A stretch of 64,000 nucleotides of DNA from Synechococcus sp. (GCA_047285535.1 JBJBDC010000001.1:448136-512135), one strand, 5' to 3'. Numbered from the stretch's first letter, positions 10,262 through 19,879 are shown. Made by a program: numbers and translations. Notes: a model not told the origin generated them from the sequence alone.

Positions 10262-11159
10262 TACAATGTCAATGAATCCATCGTAAAGACAAAAAGTGTT
10301 TGATTGCTGCCACCATTGATGCGGTAAATCGATGCGTGCTAGATATGATCATTGGCTAATGCGCGTTTCGCTTAGCTTTGCAGAGGGATTAACCTCATTG
10401 CGATAGACAATCTAAGCAAAACATGTTGGTCCAGCTCCTGCCCCAGCGATCCATCTCAATACTTTGAAATCACAGTTGGCAATTCACCCTGAGTCCTATG
10501 AAGGAGTGATGCATGATGATCATCCAAATGTTCATCCATAAGCTTCAACTCAGACAGCTGTTAAGCTCTCGCCGATTCAATCAGGATATCTAAAAAGATC
10601 ACTATAAAGTTTTTAGTCGCTTTTATGAGGATAAAACGGAAGGCCGACTCGTACACTGTTCCCGCTTTAGCGTCAAAATATAATGCAATCAATACCTATG
10701 AATGAACTGTTGAAATAGCGCGAAATTCATATCGTTATAAAGGCGATCCTCAATTCCAGCGCCAAAGGTTAAGAGCAAGGATCGTAATCGCATAACTTTT
10801 AACATGTATATCAATCTTAAGCCAAAAAACATAGAGAGGTATTCTGAGCTAAAAATTAATAAGATGTTGCGTCAATGGCCCTTTCTAATCACAAGGGTTG
10901 ATTGTTTTTAATTCCAGCTGGAACTGGAGATGTGGGCTGTTAAGTCCTGGTAAAAGTAAAGAAGCTACCAGCACGAATTGGCAATCAGATACTGATTTTC
11001 AAAACCATATTGAGGCTTGTAATCGATGGTTCTAGAATAAAGATTATTGTTTTCCAATCGCGTCACATTTGCTGATGCCCAAGGTCATGAGACTTTCTTT
11101 TTCTATCAAATGTTGTTAATACAGGGTCACCCCAAAACAGAAGCCACACTTTTGAAGTC

Positions 11160-11483
11160 ATGAACAACGCTAGTCCTAGACTCTCAATCCAAATTTGGCA
11201 AGGAGTTCAAGGGACCGTCTTGAGTGTGATTCCTGCTGCTTTTCTTCTTGCAGGTCCACCTCCTCCCCCAATGCTTCCTATTGAAATTGAAAAGCCAGTT
11301 CCAAAAGAGCATCCTGGCTTGAAGGTGGAAAATTTCCAATTTGAAATTGATCAGAAAAATTTTAATTGTTCTGCAGGAGAACTGAATTCAGGTAACAAAG
11401 CACCATATGCCTACAGCCCATCAAACGAGTCTTTTGCTGGCGAACTGCAAATTCATGCAGCTCGATGCAAGACACGTTTTTAG
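11160..11483 (+). CDS. Hypothetical protein with a hydrophobic segment and poly-Pro
   Basis: 107-aa ORF containing VLSVIPAAFLLAGPPPPPM. Confidence 0.55.
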   Translation: MNNASPRLSIQIWQGVQGTVLSVIPAAFLLAGPPPPPMLPIEIEKPVPKEHPGLKVENFQFEIDQKNFNCSAGELNSGNKAPYAYSPSNESFAGELQIHAARCKTRF

Positions 11484-11716
11484 ACGAGAGTAGATGAAAA
11501 CATAATCCGCACGTCACACATCACAACAATCTGAGCTATCAGTCCATGAGCTTTCTAGGTCTGAACGTAGGGACTCATAATGTCAACTCTTTACTTGTTA
11601 ATTAACTACCAGATAAGTTGATCGAGGGTACTCTCATCAACATGAACTCCAGAATTGCTTAAGCCAAATGGATAAGCGACACTGAGACCCACAATGATGG
11701 AAATGCAACGAGCAGG

Positions 11717-12401
11717 ATGATCAGTATTCTCGTCGTTATGACCCCGCACGGATAACTCGGAGAGACGGGCTACACCACTGGCTTCTGGTTCGAAGAATTT
11801 GCTGCTCTATATTTCATATTCAATGAAGCAGGAGCAACGATCCCATTCGCATCCCCGCAAGGAGAGTTGCCGACAATCGAACCCAAGAGCAACAGTTTGG
11901 ACACGGAGACAGAAACCATTTGACGGTTCAAGGCTGATTGTTTAGCCGCTCGATCATTCGCCACTAGCGCAAGGCCGTACTTCCTTTCAGCTCATTACTT
12001 TGACGCAGTTTTTAATCCCCGAGGACTCGCTCCTCTATAAGCCTTTGTAGACAGCGAATCATCGATTCAACTGATTGAAGATTTCTGGGCAGATTGCAAG
12101 TCTATCTTCGCTGTATGCCATGCTCCAATCGTTTTCATCATCGCTAAAGATCAGAATGGTGAGCCTATTGTCAAAGGACGAGAAGTGACTGGATTCACCA
12201 ATTCTGAAGCAGAGGCTATAGGCCTCAGCAAAATTGTGCCTCGGCTTCCAGAGCCAACAATGATTGCTAATTAATGGTGCCAAATATTCGAGAGGTAGCG
12301 ACTGGCAGTCTTATACATGCCAAGACGGCAATCTGATTACCGGTCAGAACCCGCGATCATTTGAAGCAGTGGCGAAACTCATACTTCGAGCTCTTGCTTG
12401 A
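11717..12401 (+). pseudogene. DJ-1/PfpI (type 1 glutamine amidotransferase-like) pseudogene
   Basis: MISILVVMTPHG*LGETGYTTGFWFEEFAA...ASPQG...AVCHAP...VTGFTNSE...DGNLITGQNP; several stops and a frameshift. Confidence 0.85.
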
Positions 12402-12632
12402 AATCAGTCTAAAAATGAGCGGGATCCAATGGTCCTCACTGATACCTGACTCCATAGATTCTCTGGTTTCACAAGCCAGCCGATGCCGTCAATCAAGCAG
12501 CTCTGTGATTTGGCTCACAGGATCCCAGACATCAGGCACCATTAAGCGGAGGCAGTTTTAGCGTTACCATGAAAGAAATAGCAAGCAACAAACATTCCCA
12601 ACCTATCGTTAGGACTTTAAGTAATAGAAATA

Positions 12633-12926
12633 TCAGCTCTTTCCAGTAATGGCCCCATTAAAGGGATCTTCTTCATCTTTGAAACCATCAATATAACTGG
12701 TTTTGTTCGATCCATCAGAGTCACAGGAGCCACAGGAGTCAAGATTCTGATCGACCGTTTCAAGTTCTTTGAGAATCTTTTTAGCTCCTTTATAGACCAA
12801 ATAACCAATACCTCCAAGAACGAGGGCTGGCAAAATTGGGACAGCACCACCGTTATATGACGCAAGGTCTTCAAGACTTAACTCTTGATCAACTGAGTCT
12901 TGGTTGAGGGTTGTTGTGTCAATCAT
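12633..12926 (-). CDS. Double-glycine leader peptide with a bacteriocin-like hydrophobic core (97 aa)
   Basis: DQELSLEDLASYNGG-AVPILPALVLGGIGYLVYKGAKKILKEL...CGSC. Confidence 0.75.
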   Translation of the reverse strand: MIDTTTLNQDSVDQELSLEDLASYNGGAVPILPALVLGGIGYLVYKGAKKILKELETVDQNLDSCGSCDSDGSNKTSYIDGFKDEEDPFNGAITGKS

Positions 12927-13015
12927 GGTTTTGAATGTAGTAGAAGTGTTTGACTTCGGCATACACAACATCGCTGAGGTCAATCCGAAATGCGATGATC
13001 CAAATCACTAATCAT

Positions 13016-13031
13016 AGTGATATTGATCACA
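13016..13031. promoter_or_regulatory. CRP-type box upstream of the 12926 peptide gene
   Basis: AGTGA-TATTGA-TCACA, one mismatch to TGTGA-N6-TCACA. Confidence 0.55.
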
Positions 13032-13264
13032 ACATCATCAAAGAAACAATGTCTTGCCCAAAGCTGTACTCTTCTCCTGTGTATTCGAGTTCAAAAGGTA
13101 TAACCTATGAAGAATATTGCCTCAGTTAATGCATCCTAAAGTCGATTAGATTCAATCGATCTACTCAAGGCCTGGTTCGTATTGTTGAAAGAACAAATAC
13201 ATGGGTCAAACACGAATGCAGATGGTTCGAATTATCATTTATCTTGCTTAAAGAGCAGTGTCAA

Positions 13265-13453
13265 TTAACCTGAGTTGTTATTGCTACCAGAGTTCGAGGA
13301 GTAGCTCGCGGATTTGCTACTACTGTAACTGGAATAACAGGACCGACCAAAACCACCGCTAATCCTCTTCAAAGTCTCAGGCTTAATTTCCTCGTCAAGC
13401 TGCGCTGAATCTTCAGGTGTCTCTTCTAGAGATTGTGGTTTGGGTTCGGTCAT
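13265..13453 (-). CDS. Double-glycine leader precursor peptide, Ser/Tyr/Asn-rich core (62 aa)
   Basis: ...DEEIKPETLKRISGG-FGRSCYSSYSSSKSASYSSNSGSNNNSG; paralog of 9526. Confidence 0.85.
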   Translation of the reverse strand: MTEPKPQSLEETPEDSAQLDEEIKPETLKRISGGFGRSCYSSYSSSKSASYSSNSGSNNNSG

Positions 13454-13641
13454 GGTGTTTGGTGTCTTGAAGTGTTGGAACCAAAAGAGATGGCCACTCC
13501 CTCTTTAGACCCAAATGGCCTTAGTCTTCTGAGGAAACGATGAGAAATCAGCTCTTTGCTGTACTTCTGAATCCAACAGACTGAACGGATGTGACGGCCA
13601 TACGTGATTCGTGATGATGTTGCTCTGTGATTTTGAATACA
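13454..13641 (-). repeat. Peptide-gene upstream element, copy 3
   Basis: Box TGTAT-TCAAAA-TCACA on minus (13626-13641); shared TTCCTCAGAAGA and CACTTCAAGACACC blocks. Confidence 0.8.
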
Positions 13642-14043
13642 GAGGACAGAATCAGTACAATCGAGAATTTCCGCATTGTCGCTCCGTTAACAGACAATAG
13701 GGTGTGCTATGAATAACCACAGAGCTTTCAATAGGACCCAGTGGTGTAACGAGCAAACAGTCCAGGCTTGATCACAGATCGTTGTTAGTTAGGGGAAGAT
13801 AGGTTTAATCGAGAGATTCGACGCTGTCCAGAACACGGCAAATTCCACTTCGACAACGAATGACATCACATCGTATGATCTTAGTAGTACTTGTCTGACT
13901 ATCAGATAAAGCAAGGTTTGTGGTGACTTCAATTACTCAGGCCAACATAAAATACCGATACTTTGATGATGATTCAGCTGTGCTAAGGGGATAAAAATGG
14001 ATTAGTGAAACTCATTGAACCGCAAATAGCCAATACTTGATCT

Positions 14044-15660
14044 CTAACAAGGATTAGGGTTGGTCTCCATAAATGATGCTAACCAAGGGAATCTCTTCTG
14101 TCGTTCTGATAGGGAACAGAGGGTATGCCAGATAAGGCGATTAGATCCAGGAAGTCCATTGTCAATAATAACATCATCATCAACTACCAAAAGGAATGAA
14201 CTTGAAGAGTCATTGTTTAACAACATACTCCATTCAAAAATACCTTTTGGGAACAGAACACTACCGGAGTTTTGGCGAACTTTGATTGATAGTGATTCAA
14301 AGAAGGATGTAAAGTTTTTATTTTCATCGAAAACCTCATCAGCGTGAATAATCCCAATATCCAAGTCACCTTGACAGCTCCAGAAATCTTCAATAGCAGA
14401 AAGCTCCTCTTTAATCTCTCGTTCGATAACCGACTTGGGATCGTTAAGGTAACCAAAGCCACATGGTATATTCATTTCTAAAATCACACCAGAATCAATT
14501 AATTTTGAGTCTTCATTCTTTAGTATTAGATCTATTCCACAGCTAGGGAACCCTAATGTAGCAAGCATGGACTCAATAGTCTTCACATCGTCCTCATGAA
14601 TCATGGATGACTCCACAAGATGTAATGTTGATGCACTTATCGCTGGAGAAAGAGGAATCGATTTTCCCTTCTCGGGAATACACACGTTCAAATCCGTTAA
14701 GGAATAAACCTCATAGCCAATCGTCCGCTTTAGAAGTTTTTCTCTTAAATGTGTATTAGTCTCGATTTCGTTCATTAGTTGTGGATATTTATCGTGAATC
14801 AGCTTGCCTAGGCTTGAACAACCGTCACCAGTAACTGATTTAGGTTTCCCCCTCCATACTGAGTGGAGCTTACCATTACTAAAATAAACTCGATATTCAC
14901 AACCTTTTACTTCCTCCTCAATAATATATTGATCCATATGACCACCCAAGTTTCTGAGTGCGTGTGTCAATTGCTCTGATGTCTGAATACCAATAAAGAC
15001 CTTTTCAGAATTCGAAGATGTAGGCGACTTGACGACAATTGGCCCCTTCAAGGTTGAGGCTACCTCGTGAGCCATATCATATCCCCAAACTGTTGCTCCA
15101 TCCGCTACAGGTAATCCGAAAGACTTAAGATACGATCTACAAACCGATTTATTTGTGCCAACTAACGAAGAAATACAATTGGATGATGGTCTCATATTCA
15201 TTATAAATAATCTTGCATATCGACCAAAACCCATCATCGTATAAGGAAATGAGCCTAGAAATCCACACGTAACAGGGATTTTATTTTTCTTGCAAAAGTA
15301 GTAATGGATTCCAAAGGTGGCTTCAAAGAGTTCCTTATTGGCCTGAGCCTGATTGACTTTGATAACCTCTGCAGGTGTCAGGCACTCATTAACAATTAAA
15401 TGACAAAGTGTATCTATGTCTAGAAAGTGTGAAAGCTTGCAATAAGCATGTGTGATGCCATCAAAAGAATCACCGAAATGAAGGGAAGATACAAGATTGT
15501 TGTCCGAAAAAATAAGCCATTTGTTATTCAGCTCATCCTCTACACACCCCTTTATCCAAAAATGAGCAATCTGTGATCCTGGAACAAAAGATCTCGATTT
15601 GTGGTAACAACTTTTGATGACTCTACAACGAGGTTGGGAATCCATATTGTTTATTGGCAA
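14044..15660 (-). CDS. Stand-alone ATP-grasp ligase, cyanophycin synthetase/GshF-like
   Basis: NKSVCRSYLKSFGLPVADG, GPIVVK, YIIEEEVKGCEYRV, VTGDGCSSLGKLI, CGIDLI and VILEMN follow the CphA/GshF ATP-grasp motif order; no intact Mur-ligase domain. Confidence 0.85.
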   Translation of the reverse strand: MPINNMDSQPRCRVIKSCYHKSRSFVPGSQIAHFWIKGCVEDELNNKWLIFSDNNLVSSLHFGDSFDGITHAYCKLSHFLDIDTLCHLIVNECLTPAEVIKVNQAQANKELFEATFGIHYYFCKKNKIPVTCGFLGSFPYTMMGFGRYARLFIMNMRPSSNCISSLVGTNKSVCRSYLKSFGLPVADGATVWGYDMAHEVASTLKGPIVVKSPTSSNSEKVFIGIQTSEQLTHALRNLGGHMDQYIIEEEVKGCEYRVYFSNGKLHSVWRGKPKSVTGDGCSSLGKLIHDKYPQLMNEIETNTHLREKLLKRTIGYEVYSLTDLNVCIPEKGKSIPLSPAISASTLHLVESSMIHEDDVKTIESMLATLGFPSCGIDLILKNEDSKLIDSGVILEMNIPCGFGYLNDPKSVIEREIKEELSAIEDFWSCQGDLDIGIIHADEVFDENKNFTSFFESLSIKVRQNSGSVLFPKGIFEWSMLLNNDSSSSFLLVVDDDVIIDNGLPGSNRLIWHTLCSLSERQKRFPWLASFMETNPNPC

Positions 15661-15671
15661 AAGGAATAAAA

Positions 15672-15925
15672 TTAGCTAGGGCAGCACATCAAGCCTGTAT
15701 CACTTGAAGCTGTGCAATTATCGTTACCTTTTAGTTTAGAATCTTTTGATGGCTCAAACTTGTTCGTTTGAAACTGTATTCATGAGCCTTGAAACTCTTT
15801 TCGATACAATTCTTGCTAGTTGCAGACCGCTTAAATTGACCTCCAGAAGCACTATAATCAATTTCTTTTAACAGCTCATTATTGGCTTCGCTGTGAGCTT
15901 CTTCTCTGCTGTCAAAAGTGGACAT
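15672..15925 (-). pseudogene. Frameshifted (or mis-sequenced) GG-leader precursor, paralog of 16490-16765
   Basis: 254 nt, one short of 85 codons; adding one T at 15771-15773 gives ...SASGG-QFKRSATSKNCIEKSFKAHEYSFQTNKFEPSKDSKLKGNDNCTASSDTGLMCCPS. Confidence 0.85.
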
Positions 15926-15967
15926 GACGACTAGACTGTATCAACTAATTAGATTTCTAGCCAATCA

Positions 15968-16357
15968 ATGTTGCAAGCCAACAGAAACTTAACAACTTTT
16001 CAATCATCTATGCCATTCTCAAACTTTCCAGAAATAGATTGTAGCTTGATGCTTTTAAAATTCACTGATGATAGTTGTGGATTATGCTATAAAATGGCTC
16101 ATTTTGACAGTGTAGTGGCCAATAAAATGAGCATCGATATGGTGGAAATTAAAACCAGCTCTAAGGAGTTTGAGCATTATCGTGAGTTGTTTTATTCTTT
16201 TTTCCAAGATTCAGAAGTTGCCGGCTGGCCAACATATATTTTAGTTCGCATCGATGGAGAAAAAGGTATGCCCTTAGGTGTAATCAAGGGAGCATTGCCT
16301 AAGAAAGAGTTTCGAGAAGGTCTAGCCTCCTTTCTTTCCGAGAATCAACTTGAATAA
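15968..16357 (+). CDS. Thioredoxin-family protein (CGLC)
   Basis: LLKFTDDSCGLCYKM...GWPTYILV...KGALPKKEFRE; true start may be 16010 or 16049. Confidence 0.85.
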   Translation: MLQANRNLTTFQSSMPFSNFPEIDCSLMLLKFTDDSCGLCYKMAHFDSVVANKMSIDMVEIKTSSKEFEHYRELFYSFFQDSEVAGWPTYILVRIDGEKGMPLGVIKGALPKKEFREGLASFLSENQLE

Positions 16358-16417
16358 CAAGCCATTACCATAGACACCTTGTAAACCATAAATGGCTTAG
16401 CTGGCTGATAACAGCTA

Positions 16418-16456
16418 TATTGACCCCCATCGATTGATAGTTGATGGGGATCAATA
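16418..16456. terminator. Hairpin between convergent thioredoxin and precursor genes
   Basis: TATTGACCCCCATC...GATGGGGATCAATA inverted repeat. Confidence 0.55.
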
Positions 16457-16489
16457 GAGACTCTTATATTAATTCGATTAAAGTTAAAA

Positions 16490-16765
16490 TTATCCAGGGC
16501 AGCCCATCACTCCAGTATCACTTGTCGCAGTGCAATTATCACCTGCTAGTTCGCGGATTTTAGAAGGATCAAACTTATCGATTTGAAGCTCTAATTCCCT
16601 AGTTTTAAAACTTCTAGCACGAAAAGACTGGCTCGGAGCCATAGGTTTGAAATTGCCTCCTGATAAGCTAGAAAGCTCACTTAAGGTTTCCGAATTAATT
16701 TCTTTGTCTATTTGCTCTGAAGCCTCTGGAGATTGATCAAAGGCTTGTGAGTTGATTTTAGTCAT
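16490..16765 (-). CDS. Double-glycine leader precursor with a C-terminal C-X10-C motif (91 aa)
   Basis: ...DKEINSETLSELSSLSGG-NFKP...DNCTATSDTGVMGCPG. Confidence 0.85.
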   Translation of the reverse strand: MTKINSQAFDQSPEASEQIDKEINSETLSELSSLSGGNFKPMAPSQSFRARSFKTRELELQIDKFDPSKIRELAGDNCTATSDTGVMGCPG

Positions 16766-16952
16766 GGTGTTCAGTATGTGAAGTTAAAAAATCAGAAGGG
16801 ATGGCTGCTACCCGTTGCGGACACAATTGGTTGAGTCTGTTTCGGAAGTGCTGAGAATCAGCGCTGTCCTTTCCCCCTGACTCCCTCAGTTTGTCTGGAT
16901 TCACTCGTCCTACCGATGATCTCTGTCACGTTGGACTGTGATCCTGCTCACA
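16766..16952 (-). repeat. Peptide-gene upstream element, copy 4
   Basis: Perfect TGTGA-GCAGGA-TCACA (16937-16952); shares GGAGTCAGGGG...CAGCGCTGA and AGCCATCCCTTCTG with copy 2. Confidence 0.85.
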
Positions 16953-17617
16953 GGCGCTATTACAGTGGCCTCTACCATGTTTAGGGAGGCTTGTTGTGCG
17001 CAAGTTATATGCAGCGGTGTATGCACTGAATCACTCACAAAGGTATCTAAGGTCCCACAGTGACTAGATAGATAGATTTCAAACCTCAATTCCACAATCG
17101 TTGAAAATACAACTCCTCAATCTCAACAATAAATGTTCAATAATTTTCGGCCTTGTAAGCCATAAATAATACTTAGGCAGTCTATGCTCTTTGTTCACGT
17201 GCAATCCACACATTCAAATATGAGCACATCAAATCCGGCCCTGAGAGACCAGTTCATCAATAAAATTAGAAAATTAGGTTAAATTGAATAACGCAAAAAG
17301 CGCGTAAATACGTATTAAATGAGACTCGAACAATGGTCAGATAGGTCAATATATGTTGGTCTGACAACTTAATAATTGCCTTGAATTGCTAACTTGTTTT
17401 AATCCTGAAGCGTTGAGACCCTGGCTCTTCATGCTTGTCGCATAAGCACAATATGTCTTGTTTTATCACAGGATAGACACATGAATCACAGCTCAAAATC
17501 TCTTCAATCAGATCATCCAAAATGTTGAGTTTATCAACCCTGTGTTTCGATCCTCAAACCACAAGCAAATGGCCACGGTACAACGAGTTACAAACTTATC
17601 TTGGCGGTCGGTATGGT

Positions 17618-18322
17618 TCAAATATTTGACTCGACGAGTCCATGGGTCAAGGCATAAACAGCTGCTTGAGTTCTATCTCTAACCCCTAACTTCTGCATCG
17701 CTGTACTCACATGGCTCTTGACTGTCTCTACTGAAAGAAAAAGGCTTTGCGCAATCTCGTTATTCTTCATTCCTTGAATGATACAACGAATGACTTCTAG
17801 CTCCCTTTCTGACAATGGGTCAACAAGCGTGGGCAATGGCTTTACCTTTGCTGTAGCAACTTCGCGTACAGCTTTTGGGAAGTAAATTCCACCACTAGTG
17901 GTAACAGTTAAGGCTTGAATGAAATCACCTGAGCCAGTACCAATAGAAGAATTAAACATCACTCCATCAGCTCCTGCTTCCATTGCTTCTTGAACAACCT
18001 CTGGCGTCTCCCTATTAAGAAAAATCATGGCCTTAAGTTCTGACGATTTTTTTTTGGCAGTCTCTACGAGCCTAATTCCATAGCCCGTTTCTAATTCTTC
18101 GCTGGTAATCAAGATATGTGGGTTGCTTTCTTGTTGAATTTGTAGCGCTTCATCTTCAGTTGTTGCTCCGCCTACGAGTGATTGCAAAATAGGAGTGCAA
18201 AGGCAAAGCGCGGAGAGCGTCAAGCGGTTTTTTGAACAAACTAATACCCTTTTGTGTGCCAATAATTTCTGACAGACAGCTGAGGCCTTCTTCATTGATT
18301 GTTCAGATGGATTGATCCTCAC
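17618..18322 (-). CDS. NarL/LuxR-family response regulator with an atypical receiver domain
   Basis: LSERELEV...GMKNNEIAQSLFLSVETVKSHV...KLGVRDRTQAA; probable GTG start at 18322. Confidence 0.9.
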   Translation of the reverse strand: MRINPSEQSMKKASAVCQKLLAHKRVLVCSKNRLTLSALCLCTPILQSLVGGATTEDEALQIQQESNPHILITSEELETGYGIRLVETAKKKSSELKAMIFLNRETPEVVQEAMEAGADGVMFNSSIGTGSGDFIQALTVTTSGGIYFPKAVREVATAKVKPLPTLVDPLSERELEVIRCIIQGMKNNEIAQSLFLSVETVKSHVSTAMQKLGVRDRTQAAVYALTHGLVESNI

Positions 18323-19324
18323 GTCTTGATGTTTGTGATTTAACAATCGTAGCTCACATCCTATCTTCAGCAATTTTCCACCGAATAACGAGAGATCACA
18401 ACGTTCAAACCTTGGCAAAGTTTTGATTGGATGCTCACTTGGTGCCAACGTTGCTGGTTTCTATTGATATTGAGAATGACTAAAAATCCGAGAATTCATA
18501 ATGGTGGATTGAGTAATGTTTCAACTCTGCACGTTCGTCGCTACTGAGTCTTGATTTGTTCGATTGCTTTTGCTCTTAGCCCTTGTCCCATCCTTAAGGA
18601 AGGTCTCATGGCGCCCCCTTCGGCCTTAGCCCTCTAAGGACTGCGACCAGTATCAGCTGCATGAAAACCTCGCCTTACCCAGCATCAAATCCAAATGATC
18701 AAGACACAACTCAGCTGCTGCTTACGCGATCGGTGGCCGCCAACGACAAAGCCGATGCATAAGTCAGCCAAATGTGTTATATATAACGTACGCCAAAGAA
18801 CCCAGTAAAGGGACCACTGAGCGCGAACCATAAAGTTGAATCAATGAATCAAACAACACTCATTGCCAAAAGAGGTTTGCCTGCTTCAAGCGACAGTAAG
18901 CAAAAGCAACCCAAGCAAGAACCCGAACTCATCACTTGGGAGGAATTGATCGGCAGACAATAAATGATGCTCACCTAGTTGATCAGATTCCTTTTGAACA
19001 GTCACTGAGAAGGTGGCTTGAGGGTTGAGAGCTGATGAAGAACAGTCTTTATCCCATTGATGTTTTGCTCTATCAACACTATTGATGCGCTTTGAAGGAA
19101 TGGATGATCCATCGTTTCTCATGGCTTGAACTGCCGGCCGACAACACCTGCAGTGGCACCTCACCAGGACTGCCACACGCTGAACAGCCACATGGCTGAC
19201 CACCAAAGACGTTGTTCTGAGATGGATTGAAGGCGGCAGTCATATCCAGCTGCATGAAGAAGGGATTGAGTTACCTGCTGACTGCAAAAATTCGGCACTC
19301 TCAAGTCGTACTGGCAAAGGAGCC

Positions 19325-19879
19325 ATGTCCAAAAGAATCATCGCGGTGTTATTGCTGATGGTCTCATCAACGGCACCTGCAATCGCTCATCCTCGCCACC
19401 ATCGTGGTGCTTACGACCGTCACCATGATGAGGTCCACAACTACCACTATCGTCGCCCTTCAGAGAGACGAGTTGTCAAAACATACAGGCGTCCTCTCGA
19501 GAGGGACGTGGTTACAACCTACAGACTTCCCACAAAAAAGAGGTATCAAAGAATTTACACGCGCCCTTATGAAAGAGATGTCGTGACTAGCTACAGGCTT
19601 CCTGTTGAACAAAGGTCGAACAGGATTTACAAGCATCCTGTTCAACGCGAAGTCATCAAAAGCTACAGAAGGCCTGAAGACAATCGTTATCGGCACGAGC
19701 GCTATGGGACTCAAGTCAGCAGAGCTGATACCAATAGTTGTGTTGAGGGAAGTGTCATTGGTGGACTTTTAGGTGCTGGTCTCGGCGCGGTGTTATCCAG
19801 AGGAGAAGGACGTTGGATTGGAGTACCTCTTGGTGGTGCAGCAGGTGCCCTAGTGGGGTGCCAGGTTGATGGAGGTTAA
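19325..19879 (+). CDS. Secreted glycine-zipper 2TM protein with internal 12-aa repeats
   Basis: Signal peptide; His-rich start; C-terminal DTNSCVEGSVIGGLLGAGLGAVLSRGEGRWIGVPLGGAAGALVGCQVDGG. Confidence 0.85.
   Translation: MSKRIIAVLLLMVSSTAPAIAHPRHHRGAYDRHHDEVHNYHYRRPSERRVVKTYRRPLERDVVTTYRLPTKKRYQRIYTRPYERDVVTSYRLPVEQRSNRIYKHPVQREVIKSYRRPEDNRYRHERYGTQVSRADTNSCVEGSVIGGLLGAGLGAVLSRGEGRWIGVPLGGAAGALVGCQVDGG

Noticed and set aside
14044..15660. Calling the ATP-grasp gene cphA or gshF
   Set aside because: Too short for either, no intact Mur-ligase or glutamate-cysteine ligase domain, no cyanophycinase nearby.
15765..15780. Programmed -1 frameshift in the precursor
   Set aside because: T-TTC-AAA is not a canonical X-XXY-YYZ heptamer; a simple indel or sequencing error is more parsimonious.
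6797..16952. Repeats as a CRISPR array or MITE/IS family
   Set aside because: Copies are kilobases apart, in both orientations, with no terminal inverted repeats, target duplications or cas genes.
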